The position numbers were made by a program, and so were the translations under genes. Source: Eledone cirrhosa (lineage: Eukaryota). From it: DNA of 64,000 nt. Under the pieces are notes generated by a model that was not told the DNA's origin, did not search any database, and saw only the letters and a program-made list of their open reading frames with translations. The stretch spans positions 19,096,001 to 19,160,000 of the forward strand of contig OZ024756.1 of assembly GCA_964016885.1 (NCBI GenBank). The letters are read 5' to 3'. Shown here in pieces: positions 25,301 to 37,556 of the stretch (the first letter of the stretch is position 1; the number at the start of each line of letters is the position of its first letter).

Positions 25301-28300
25301 CACGATGACAGGACAGTCACCAGGTGTTGGTGGTCAGGGTGACCTCACAGCGGCACATTGAGACAGGACAGTCACCAGGTGTTGGTGGTCAGGGTGACCT
25401 CACAGCAGCACATTGAGACAGGACAGTCACCAGGTGCTGGTGGTCAGGGTGACCTCACAGCGGCACATTGAGACAGGACAGTCACCAGGTGTTGGTGGTC
25501 AGGGTGACCTCACAGCGGCACATGATGACAGGACAGTCACCAGGTGCTGGTGGTCAGGGTGACCTCACAGCGGCACATTGAGACAGGACAGTCACCAGGT
25601 GTTGGTGGTCAGGGTGACCTCACAGCAGCACATTGAGACAGGACAGTCACCAGGTGTTGGTGGTCAGGGTGACCTCACAGCGGCACATGATGACAGGACA
25701 GTCACCAGGTGCTGGTGGTCAGGGTGACCTCACAGCGGCACATGATGACAGGACAGTCACCAGGTGTTGGTGGTCAGGGTGACCTCACAGCGGCACATGA
25801 TGACAGGACAGTCACCAGGTGTTGGTGGTCAGGGTGACCTCACAGCGGCACATGATGACAGGACAGTCACCAGGTGTTGGTGGTCAGGGTGACCTCACAG
25901 CAGCACATTGAGACAGGACAGTCACCAGGTGTTGGTGGTCAGGGTGACCTCACAGCGGCACATGATGACAGGACAGTCACCAGGTGCTGGTGGTCAGGGT
26001 GACCTCACAGCGGCACATGATGACAGGACAGTCACCAGGTGTTGGTGGTCAGGGTGACCTCACAGCAGCACATTGAGACAGGACAGTCACCAGGTGTTGG
26101 TGGTCAGGGTGACCTCACAGCGGCACATGATGACAGGACAGTCACCAGGTGCTGGTGGTCAGGGTGACCTCACAGCGGCACATGATGACAGGACAGTCAC
26201 CAGGTGTTGGTGGTCAGGGTGACCTCACAGCGGCACATTGAGACAGGACAGTCACCAGGTGTTGGTGGTCAGGGTGACCTCACAGCAGCACATTGAGACA
26301 GGACAGTCAACAGGTGTTGGTGGTCAGGGTGACCTCACAGCGGCACATTGAGACAGGACAGTCACCAGGTGTTGGTGGTCAGGGTGACCTCACAGCGGCA
26401 CATTGAGACAGGACAGTCACCAGGTGTTGGTGGTCAGGGTGACCTCACAGCAGCACATTGAGACAGGACAGTCACCAGGTGTTGGTGGTCAGGGTGACCT
26501 CACAGCGGCACATGATGACAGGACAGTCACCAGGTGCTGGTGGTCAGGGTGACCTCACAGCGGCACATGATGACAGGACAGTCACCAGGTGTTGGTGGTC
26601 AGGGTGACCTCACAGCGGCACATTGAGACAGGACAGTCACCAGGTGTTGGTGGTCAGGGTGACCTCACAGCAGCACATTGAGACAGGACAGTCAACAGGT
26701 GTTGGTGGTCAGGGTGACCTCACAGCGGCACATTGAGACAGGACAGTCACCAGGTGTTGGTGGTCAGGGTGACCTCACAGCGGCACATTGAGACAGGACA
26801 GTCACCAGGTGTTGGTGGTCAGGGTGACCTCACAGCGGCACATTGAGACAGGACAGTCAACAGGTGTTGGTGGTCAGGGTGACCTCACAGCGGCACATGG
26901 TGACAGGACAGTCACCAGGTGCTGGTGGTCAGGGTGACCTCACAGCGGCACATTGAGACAGGACAGTCACCAGGTGTTGGTGGTCAGGGTGACCTCACAG
27001 CGGCACATTGAGACAGGACAGTCAACAGGTGTTGGTGGTCAGGGTGACCTCACAGCGGCACATGGTGACAGGACAGTCACCAGGTGCTGGTGGTCAGGGT
27101 GACCTCACAGCGGCACATTGAGACAGGACAGTTACCAGGTGTTGGTGGTCAGGGTGACCTCACAGCAGCACATTGAGACAGGACAGTCAACAGGTGTTGG
27201 TGGTCAGGGTGACCTCACAGCGGCACATTGAGACAGGACAGTTACCAGGTGTTGGTGGTCAGGGTGACCTCACAGCGGCACATTGAGACAGGACAGTTAC
27301 CAGGTGTTGGTGGTCAAGGTGACCTCACAGCGGCACATTGAGACAGGACAGTCACCAGGTGTTGGTGGTCAGGGTGACCTCACAGCGGCACATTGAGACA
27401 GGACAGTCACCAGGTGTTGGTGGTCAGGGTGACCTCACAGCGGCACATTGAGACAGGACAGTCACCAGGTGTTGGTGGTCAGGGTGACCTCACAGCAGCA
27501 CATTGAGACAGGACAGTCAACAGGTGTTGGTGGTCAGGGTGACCTCACAGCGGCACATTGAGACAGGACAGTCACCAGGTGTTGGTGGTCAGGGTGACCT
27601 CACAGCGGCACATTGAGACAGGACAGTCACCAGGTGTTGGTGGTCAGGGTGACCTCACAGCGGCACATTGAGACAGGACAGTCAACAGGTGTTGGTGGTC
27701 AGGGTGACCTCACAGCGGCACATTGAGACAGGACAGTCACCAGGTGTTGGTGGTCAGGGTGACCTCACAGCGGCACATTGAGACAGGACAGTCACCAGGT
27801 GTTGGTGGTCAGGGTGACCTCACAGCGGCACATGGTGACAGGACAGTCACCAGGTGCTGGTGGTCAGGGTGACCTCACAGCGGCACATTGAGACAGGACA
27901 GTCACCAGGTGTTGGTGGTCAGGGTGACCTCACAGCGGCACATTGAGACAGGACAGTCAACAGGTGTTGGTGGTCAGGGTGACCTCACAGCGGCACATGG
28001 TGACAGGACAGTCACCAGGTGCTGGTGGTCAGGGTGACCTCACAGCGGCACATTGAGACAGGACAGTTACCAGGTGTTGGTGGTCAGGGTGACCTCACAG
28101 CAGCACATTGAGACAGGACAGTCAACAGGTGTTGGTGGTCAGGGTGACCTCACAGCGGCACATTGAGACAGGACAGTTACCAGGTGTTGGTGGTCAGGGT
28201 GACCTCACAGCGGCACATTGAGACAGGACAGTTACCAGGTGTTGGTGGTCAGGGTGACCTCACAGCGGCACATTGAGACAGGACAGTCACCAGGTGTTGG

Positions 28301-29895
28301 TGGTCAGGGTGACCTCACAGCGGCACATTGAGACAGGACAGTCACCAGGTGTTGGTGGTCAGGGTCACCTCACAGCGGCACATTGAGACAGGACAGTCAC
28401 CAGGTGTTGGTGGTCAGGGTCACCTCACAGTGGCACATGATGACAGGACAGTCACCAGGTGTTGGTGGTCAGGGTGACCTCACAGCGGCATATTGAGACA
28501 GGACAGTCACCTGGTGTTGGTGGTCAGGGTCACCTCACAGCGGCACATTGAGACAGGACAGTCACCAGGTGTTGGTGGTCAGGGTGACCTCACAGCAGCA
28601 CATGATGACAGGACAGTCAACAGGTGTTGGAGGTCAGGGTGACCTCACAGCGGCACATTGAGACAGGACAGTCACTTGGTGTTGGTGGTCAGGGTGACCT
28701 CACAGCGGCACATGGTGACAGGACAGTCAACAGGTGTTGGAGGTCAGGGTGACCTCACAGCGGCACATTGAGACAGGACAGTCACTTGGTGTTGGTGGTC
28801 AGGGTGACCTCACAGCGGCACATTGAGACAGGACAGTCACCAGGTGTTGGTGGTCAGGGTCACCTCACAGTGGCACATGATGACAGGACAGTCACCAGGT
28901 GTTGGTGGTCAGGGTCACCTCACAGCGGCATATTGAGACAGGACAGTCACCTGGTGTTGGTGGTCAGGGTCACCTCACAGCGGCACATTGAGACAGGACA
29001 GTCACCAGGTGTTGGTGGTCAGGGTGACCTCACAGCAGCACATGATGACAGGACAGTCAACAGGTGTTGGAGGTCAGGGTGACCTCACAGCGGCACATTG
29101 AGACAGGACAGTCACTTGGTGTTGGTGGTCAGGGTGACCTCACAGCAGCACATGATGACAGGACAGTCAACAGGTGTTGGAGGTCAGGGTGACCTCACAG
29201 CGGCACATTGAGACAGGACAGTCACTTGGTGTTGGTGGTCAGGGTCACCTCACAGTGGCACATGATGACAGGACAGTCACCAGGTGTTGGTGGTCAGGGT
29301 GACCTCACACCAGCACATTGAGACAGGACAGTCACTTGGTGTTGGTGGTCAGGGTGACCTCACAGTGGCACATGATGACAGGACAGTCACCAGGTGTTGG
29401 TGGTCAGGGTGACCTCACAGCGGCACATGATGACAGGACAGTCACCAGGTGTTGGTGGTCAGGGTGACCTCACAGCGGCACATGATGACAGGACAGTCAC
29501 CAGGTGTTGGTGGTCAGGGTCACCTCACAGCGGCACATTGAGACAGGACAGTCACCTGGTGTTGGTGGTCAGGGTGACCTCACAGCAGCACATTGAGACA
29601 GGACAGTCACCAGGTGTTGGTGGTCAGGGTCACCTCACAGCAGCACATGATGACAGGAAAGTCACCAGGTGTTGGTGGTCAGGGTCACCTCACAGCGGCA
29701 CATTGAGACAGGACAGTCACCTGGTGTTGGTGGTCAGGGTGACCTCACAGCGGCACATTGAGACAGGACAGTCACCTGGTGTTGGTGGTCAGGGTCACCT
29801 CACAGTGGTACATTGAGACAGGACAGTCACCAGGTGTTGGTGGTCAGGGTGACCTCACAGTGACAGGACAGTCTCCAGGTGTTGGTCATCAAGGT
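13316..29895. repeat. 55-bp tandem array, ~300 copies, in GH1 coding intron 1
   Basis: Unit GACAGGACAGTCACCAGGTGTTGGTGGTCAGGGTGACCTCACAGCGGCACATTGA. Period of 55 checked (e.g. 14101 to 14156). Few variable sites. Confidence 0.99.
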
Positions 29896-30025
29896 GCAGA
29901 GCTTCAAATCCCGCCAAAGTGGGCTTTACCTTTCATCCTTACGCGGTCGATAAAATAAAGTACCGGTCACGCACTGGGGTCGATTTAATCAACTTTCCCC
30001 TCCCCCAAAATTGCTGTAAATCAAA

Positions 30026-30828
30026 GGTGGAAAACTGGGAGAGGGCACTTGCCCTGGTGGTCAGGGTCATTGTGGCTTTTTATTGGGCTTTCTCCACAAA
30101 TGTCCCTCCGAAGTCTCCCCCCTATTGGGGAATTTTTCATTGTTATTTTTTGTTACACCCTCTGTTTTTTTGGTTTTTTTACACGCAGAAATGCCCATGC
30201 CCATTTGTACCGTACTGTATTGTCCTGCACTGTACTTAATGTCTACTTTATGTAAACCCTTGTGGTTAATAAAGAAATCATTATTATTAGTAGTAGTAGT
30301 ATCATCATCATTATCATAATCATTATTATTATTGGAGGTGGATTGGCAGTATCAGTAGAGGGTTGGACACCATGCTTTGTAGCATAGTTACGTCCCTTTA
30401 TGGTCTGAGTTCAAATCCCGTCGAGGTTAACTTTGCCTTTCATCCTTACGGGGTCGATAAAATAAAGTACCAGTAATGTACTGGTTAATTGCTGGCCTTG
30501 TGCCAAAAGTAGAAACAATTATTATTATTGGAGGTGGAAAACTGGGAGAGGGCACTTGTCCTGGTGGTCAGGGTCACCATGGTTTTTTTATGGGCTTTCT
30601 CCATGAGTGACCCTCGGTGGTCTTTCCCTATTGGGGAATTTCCCTTTATTTCATTTTTTTTTTGTTACATACTTTGTTTTTGTTTTATGCATATATGCAG
30701 AAACGGCCATTTGTACCGTCCTGTGCTGTCCTTAATGTTATACTTTGTGTGAACCCTTGTGGTTAATACAGAAAACATTATTGTTAGTAGTAGTAGTATC
30801 ATCATCATTATTATTATTATTATTATTA
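30026..30828 (+). mobile_element. Two copies of a retroelement-like 3' end separated by a SINE
   Basis: 30026-30332 and 30533-30828 both run GGTGGAAAACTGGGAGAGGGCAC...CCCTTGTGGTTAATA(A/C)AGAAA into a TAG/CAT/TAT triplet tail. Confidence 0.65.
30335..30530 (+). mobile_element. tRNA-derived SINE family A (MetaSINE-like core), full copy
   Basis: A box TGGCAGTATCAG, B box GAGTTCAAATC, core GCCTTTCATCCTTACGGGGTCGATAAAATAAAGTACC, (ATT)n tail. Dozens of copies or fragments, e.g. 5380-5566, 8715-8890, 31940-32117, 35175-35358. Confidence 0.88.
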
Positions 30829-30829
30829 G

Positions 30830-30960
30830 GTCGAGGTCGTTCCATCTGGGATACATTCTGCCACAATTCAGGACTTGTAATGGATAATTCAACAGGAGAC
30901 GTCGCATGTGATAGCTACCACAAATATATGGAGGATGTCTCACTACTGACGAACCTTGGG
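30830..30960 (+). CDS. GH1 beta-glucosidase, coding exon 2
   Basis: ttattag|[44 protein letters not shown]|gtaaga; phase compatible with neighbours. Confidence 0.93.
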
Positions 30961-31032
30961 GTAAGACAGAAAATCTTTATTTGGATTGAGGGTTGGTGGG
31001 GAGGGCTGTACTATTGCACTGCTATTGTCTTG

Positions 31033-31570
31033 TGTGAACTGATATAGAGAAGAAATAGCCTTTGACTCTTGTGGTGGTGGTCAGGTGACAGTGATGGTGA
31101 TGGTCAGATGACAGTGATGGTGATGGTCAGATGACAGTGATGGTGATGGTCTGGTGACAGTGGTGGTGGTGGTGGGGTATTGGTTGTGGTAGTGTTGATG
31201 GCAGTGGTAGGGGTATGGTGGTGGTGATGGCTGTGTGAACTGATATAGGGAAGAAATAGCCTTTGACTCTTGTGGTGATGGTCTGATGACAGTGATGGTG
31301 ATGGTCTGATGACAATGGTGGTGATGGTCTGATGACAGTGGTGGTGGTGGGGTATTGGTTGTGGTAGTGTTGATGGCAGTGGTAGGGGTATGGTAGTGGT
31401 GATGGCTGTGTGAACTGATATAGGGAAGAAATAGCCTTTTACTGTTATGATGGTGGGGGTGATGGAAGTAGTGGTGGTCCGATGACAGTGCTGGTGTTGC
31501 TGGTGGTAATAACTGTGGTAGTGTTCGAGGTGGTAGTGGTCCTGGTGGCAATGGCAATGGTGATAATTTG
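31033..31570. repeat. GTG/GAT-rich compound repeat with ~175-200 bp duplications
   Basis: TGTGAACTGATATAG.GAAGAAATAGCCTTT occurs three times among (GGT)n/(GAT)n tracts. Confidence 0.85.
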
Positions 31571-32176
31571 TATTCATGAGGGACAAGTGTATTTTATGAT
31601 TTGTGGCAGAAGCTACATTCTGATTCTCTCTGAATTAGTTGCCTCAACTCTTCTTTTGATAAAGGGATTTTATCCTGAAATATTAAAGAACTATTAAACT
31701 ACTCCAAGGCCAACATCCCAACATCTTATTATATTTTTAACATTTAATGTCCCAGTTACATCACTGTAGCCTTCTAATAAAACTATTTTCTATACCTTAC
31801 ACAAGACTTTCTAATATGTGTGTGTGTATCATGACTCACACACTGTTTACTTTCCTGACATTTGTACATTATTCTATGTATTATACATGAACCTTTGATG
31901 AGTTGTAGTGCACCTGAGCACTGTAAACAATCATTTTCATCGGTAGGTCGAACACCAAACTTTGCAGCATAGAGTACGCCCTTTTATGCTCTGAGTTCAA
32001 ATCCCACTGAGGTTAACTTTGCCTTTCATCCTTATGGGGTCGATAAAATAAAGCACTAGTAATGCACTGGGGTAATTGCTGGCCTTGTGCCGAAAGTAGA
32101 AACAATTATTATTATTATTTTAAAACTTTAAAACATCCAGGTTTTTCTTGTTATTTTTTTGCATTTTCTCTTCCAG

Positions 32177-32440
32177 GTGAATTTTTACCGCTTCTCTATA
32201 AGTTGGACCCGTATCATACCTAAACCGACAACGGGGGTACATACAAATGAAGCTGGCATCAAGTACTATAACAATCTGATAAATAGTCTTCTAGCTGTTG
32301 GAATTACCCCCATAGTGACACTATACCACTTTGACCTACCTCAGGACATACAAGATGAGGGTGGCTTCTTGAATGAAGACTTGCTCGTCAGGTGCTTCAA
32401 AGAATATGCTGATGTTTGTTTCCGAAGCTTTGGTGACCGA
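32177..32440 (+). CDS. GH1 beta-glucosidase, coding exon 3
   Basis: ttccag|[14 protein letters not shown]...TLYHFDLPQ...FRSFGDR|gtaagt. Confidence 0.96.
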
Positions 32441-32724
32441 GTAAGTGAACTTTCATAGATATAGATATATAAAAGGTTTGATTTCATTCTTGAATTTCCA
32501 TTTCACTCCGCCCATCATCCTCTTCAGGGTCAATAAAGAAAATACCAGTTCCAGTGCTTGTGCAGCCCTCGTTCTCTCTTTCTCCTTCTCTCTCTCATTC
32601 TCACTCCCCCCCCCCGCTCCCCCCTCTCTCTTTCTCTCTTCCAGCTGTCACATCCTGGATGGTCTGCTGGATCAAGAGAGGGTGGGCCAAGAGGGTGTCT
32701 GTGTCTGCTCGCAAGTACATACAT

Positions 32725-33140
32725 ACATGCATACATACATACATACATACATGCATATGTACATACTTACATACATGCATATGTACATACTTACATACAT
32801 ACATGCATACATACATACATACATGCATACATACATACATACCTACATACACACACACATATATACATACATACATAAACATATCTACATATACACATGC
32901 ATACATACATAAACATATCTACATATACACATGCATACATACATAAACATATCTACATATACACATGCATACACACATATATACATATGTATACATAAAT
33001 ACATTCATACTCAGATGCATTCATACATAGCTACATACACATATATACATACATGCATGCATACACACATACATACATATATATACATACACGCACACAC
33101 ATATATACATACAGACAGAGATACTGATAGACAGACAGAC
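32725..33140. repeat. (TACA)n/(CA)n microsatellite
   Basis: Degenerate tetranucleotide and dinucleotide tract. Confidence 0.9.
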
Positions 33141-33329
33141 AAGATGGTCCCAGTTAAAACGAAGGAAGACCATACTTTGTATTTTAAGATTAATCTATTA
33201 TTATACCATTATACTTGGCATGGCATTAAAGTCTTTAGAATAGTAGGCTGTGTACCGTATATAGCAGTAAATGTAGTTAATATTAGTTGGAATTTGAACC
33301 TTGTTGTATGCGTGTGATATTCTGTATGA

Positions 33330-33700
33330 ATGCTGTATTTTGTCACAGGCCAATGCATAATTATTTTGCTGTCATTCTTGTGAGTTTATAATACATGCAT
33401 TGAACTGCTCAATCCACAAAAGATATTTTCCAGAGGAGAAGAGTGGCAATGATCAAACAATCACCCTATAGTCCCGACTTTAATTTGTGCGATCGTTGGG
33501 TGTTCAAGTTATTAAACCAACATCTTTGAAAATTTGTTTTCGCTTCATTAGAAGAGGTGGTAGATGAATCGTTGCACTGATTTCGATAATTGCTGAAGGA
33601 ACGGTTCCAGAGTTAAATGTTTTGCATAAGTACTGTAAATATGTTATTGCATTCAATGGAGATTATGTTTTGCAGAATAATTAAATTTTAGTTTCAATAT
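33330..33700 (+). mobile_element. Mariner transposase relic
   Basis: From 33461 the frame reads SPYSPDFNLCDRWVFKLL (YSPDLAPxD-like), with a C-terminal VIAFNGDYV; in-frame stops present. Confidence 0.7.
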
Positions 33701-33811
33701 GTTGTGCATTTTCATTTAAAGGATTATTCTAAAGATTTTATTGCCATGCCAAGTATTATACCATTTTCAAGAACCCTAGTAATAATATCCCTCAAATACC
33801 AATTTCTCCAG

Positions 33812-33995
33812 GTAAAATACTGGGTTACCTTCAATGAACCAAGGCAGATATGTACCCTTGGATATGGTCTGGGGTTACTGGCACCTGGTGTACACAGTCC
33901 CAAAACTGGTTCCTATCAAGCGGCTCACACTTTACTGAAAGCCCACGCTTTAGTTTGGCATTTGTACAACAACAACTATAGAATGCTCCAGAATG
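33812..33995 (+). CDS. GH1 beta-glucosidase, coding exon 4 (acid/base TFNEP)
   Basis: ctccag|VKYWVTFNEPRQ...AHTLLKAHALVWHLY...QN-G|gtaagt. Confidence 0.96.
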
Positions 33996-34291
33996 GTAAG
34001 TTTCTTACATCTTCATTTAATCCACTGTGAATTACTACTACTACTACTAATACCACCACCACCACCACTACTACTATACATATATACATACAAATTTAAT
34101 ATAGAAATGGCTTCTACAGGACTAGAACTGTTACATTCAAAGGAAATCATCAGGAAAGCCCTGCTGATTTCCTTCAAATGAAACAGTTCTTGTCCTGTAG
34201 AAGCCATTTCTATATTAAATTTTGTATATACTCTACAAATGTACTGAGTACCTTACTTACTGTGGTTACTCCTGATTGAACATAGGACTCG

Positions 34292-34322
<31 letters not shown>

Positions 34323-34493
34323 GAGAGAGAGAGAGCTAGATAGATAGATATGTGAGTCCCAGGTTATATATATATAGAGAGAGAGATAGATAGATAGATA
34401 TGTGAGTCCCAGGTTATATATATCTATAGAGAGAGAGATAGACAGAGATGTGAGTCCCAGGTTATATATATATGTATATTTTTTTCTTTACAG

Positions 34494-34736
34494 GAAAGAT
34501 TTACGTAATTCTCTGCTCAGAACAACACATAGCTAAAGACCAAAACAATGCATCTGATGTCGAAGCTGCAGAAGTAGCGATGCAGTTTTGTTTGGGTTGG
34601 TTTGCACATCCCATCTACATTGATGGTGATTACCCTCCACTTATGAAAGACAAAGTTCTTCTCCTCAGCCAACAGGAAGGACTAAAGAAGTCTAGACTCC
34701 CTCAATTTTCTGAAGAAGAAAAGAAATTTATCAAAG
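34494..34736 (+). CDS. GH1 beta-glucosidase, coding exon 5
   Basis: ttacag|GKIYVIL...LGWFAHPIYIDGDYP...SRLPQFSEEEKKFIK-G|gtaaat. Confidence 0.95.
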
Positions 34737-36579
34737 GTAAATGATTGTTTCTTCTATAGGTACAAGGCCAGCAATTTTAGAGGAGGGGAACATTGATTAA
34801 CATCGACCCCAGTGCATTACTGGTGTTTTATTTTATTGACCTCGTAAGGATGAAAGGCAAAGCTAACCTCGGCATGGTTTGAACTCAGAACGTAAAGGGC
34901 CGTAACTCTATGCCGCAAAGCAGGGTGTCCGACACTCTACAGATACTGCCAATCCACTCCAATAACAATAACAACAATAATAACAATCACAATGAGAACA
35001 ATAGCATCCATAACAACAACAACCATAGCAATGACAACAATAACACCAACAAGAGCAACATCAATAATTTCTATATACAGACCTGCCAACCCCTGAAAAT
35101 CCAAACGGAGAGTACCATGTAAAACAGTGCCCCAAAACAGGGGAAAATGAGGCAAAATGGGGAGATTTTACTAAATTATTTCTACTTTAGGCACAAGGCC
35201 AGCAATTACCCAGTGCATTACTGGTACTTTATTTTATCAAGCTCGTAAGGATGAAGGGCAAAGTCAACCTCGGCGGGATTTGAACTCAGATCGTAAAGGG
35301 ACGTAACTATGCTGGAAAGCATGACGTCCGACCCTCTACCGATACTGCCAATCCACCTTTACACAATGAAAGCTACGCACATCTTCACAAGTGCAGAGAT
35401 CTCTCACCTACACCAAAGTGGGTGGGAGATATCCCTGTCAGACGGTGGGTGGGGGCGTTGATAGGTCTGTGTATAGTATTTCCTCCAACAATCTAATGAT
35501 ACTGACAATCCATGGCTCTACAACACACAACACAGACAAAACATCATATTTTGTTGACAATGACAGTAAGAGGATTATCGAAAAATAGAAAAGCATTAAA
35601 TGATGGACAAAGAGGGCTCTTTTGACCATAAATCTCTTATTTACAGTAAATATCAAACTACACTTAGATAGGTACAAACCTGCATGTTTTAACCCTTTAG
35701 CATTTAGATTACTCTATATATACTTCTGGAAAGGCTTTGCCTTACATAATATTGAATCTACGAGATTTCGATATTATTTATTTTGAGTATAATACTTTAA
35801 CATCAGTATCACCAGTTTGAACAGAACGAGGTGAGAGAATTCTGGCCAGATATGGCCAGTTTAAATTCTAAAGGGTTAAATTATTCATATTTAAATTAAT
35901 ATATCCTACCAACATTTTATATCAGAACATTTTGTATAACCCTTTAGCATTTAAACTGGCCATATCCAGCCAGATTTCTCTCACCTCTTTCTGTTCAAAC
36001 AGGCCATAACTGAGTGCTCATACTGATTTTAAGGTAGTGTTCTCAAAATAAATAATTGTTTCTACTTTTGGCACAAGGCCAGCAATTACCCAGTTCATTA
36101 CTGGTACTTTATTTTATTGACCCCGTAAGGATGAAAGGCAAAGCTAACCTCGACGGGATTAGATTCGATATTATGTGAGATAATTATGTGAGGTAAAGCC
36201 TTCTCTGTGAAAATATAATAGTGTATATATATATAGAGTAATGTAAATGCTAAAGGGTTAAGTTACATTCCAAACATGGACAAAGAGGGCTCTGTTTATC
36301 ATAAATCTCCTATCGATTTACAGTAAATATTAACCATTTCATATAAAACTTCACTTAGATAGCCTTTGATATTGTGCTGGAACAAACCAACATGTTTTAA
36401 AGTATTCATATTTAAACCAGCTGTATCCGGCCAGAATTCTATCGCCTCTTTCTGTTCAAACTGGGCGCTTATACTGATGTTAAGGTATTGTTCTCAAAAA
36501 AATAACATCAAAATCTCATAGATTCAATATTATGTGAGATAATTATGTAAGATAAAACCTTTACCACAAAAACACAATA

Positions 36580-36624
<45 letters not shown>

Positions 36625-37420
36625 GTATGCCCCCGCTCCCACAGTAAAGTGGTGGTGCAGGTGTCACAACAAAAAAGCCCCCAGTTCACACTGTAAAGTG
36701 GTCGTATAGGTGCCACAGTAAAAAAGCACCCAGTATTCACTATAAATAAGGTTGGTATTAGGAAGGGCATCCAGCTGTAAAAATCAAACCAGAATCAGTT
36801 CTGTATGAGCAAGACATGGTCACCCATCCTGGCATTGCCCACAACAGGACAACCCATCTAACCCAAGCTAGCGTGGAAGAATGGACATAAAATGGTGATG
36901 ATGATATATATAGTAATTTAAAATCTACTAAAATTTTATATCAGAACATTATGTTTGAGTTACATTCCAAACACCAGCTTCAATATGAAATCGTTAGATA
37001 TTTTACTAAATCCTTCCAAATTCTTAACTAATTTTGAAATCAATTAAAACACAGGGACAATGTATTCCATGTGGAATAAAGCCATGAAAAGGTTAAGGTA
37101 AATAAACAATTGTTCTTTTTTGTCTATAACTTTTATATAATGTTTTAACCCTTTTGATACAAACCTTGCCAAAACTGGCTCTGGTTTTATGAAACAAAAC
37201 CAACCATTTAAAAGGGTTCCTATTTAAATTAAAATCTTCCATCATAATTTCATACGTTAAGTTGTTTAGTAATGAAATAGTTAATAATTTTAGTAGCAGC
37301 AGCTACAGTAGTAGTAGTAATAGTAGTAACAGTAGTAGTAATAGTAGTAACAGTAGTAATAGTAGTAGTAGCAGTAGTAGTTGTAGTCCAAACAATCTAT
37401 TATTTCTGTTTTCATTTCAG

Positions 37421-37556
37421 GGACTTCGGATATATTTGGTATGAATTTCTACACATCTAAACTGACGGAATACCAACAGAAAGATAGCATTCCTTCACAA
37501 CCATGCCAAGATCTGGTTGAGATTGTTAAATTTTCTGTTGATCCCCAGTGGAAACG
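37421..37556 (+). CDS. GH1 beta-glucosidase, coding exon 6
   Basis: tttcag|GTSDIFGMNFYTSKLTEY...VDPQWK-R|gtatgt; phase 1 to phase 2. Confidence 0.92.

Noticed and set aside
13316-29895. CRISPR array or repeat-encoded protein in the 55-bp array
   Set aside because: There are no unique spacers and no cas genes, and the context is a eukaryotic intron. The unit length is not a multiple of 3 and TGA stops recur, leaving only short ORFs.
13316-29895. Recursive splice sites (CAG|GT) in every unit
   Set aside because: No polypyrimidine tract precedes the AG, and GTGTTG is a poor donor.
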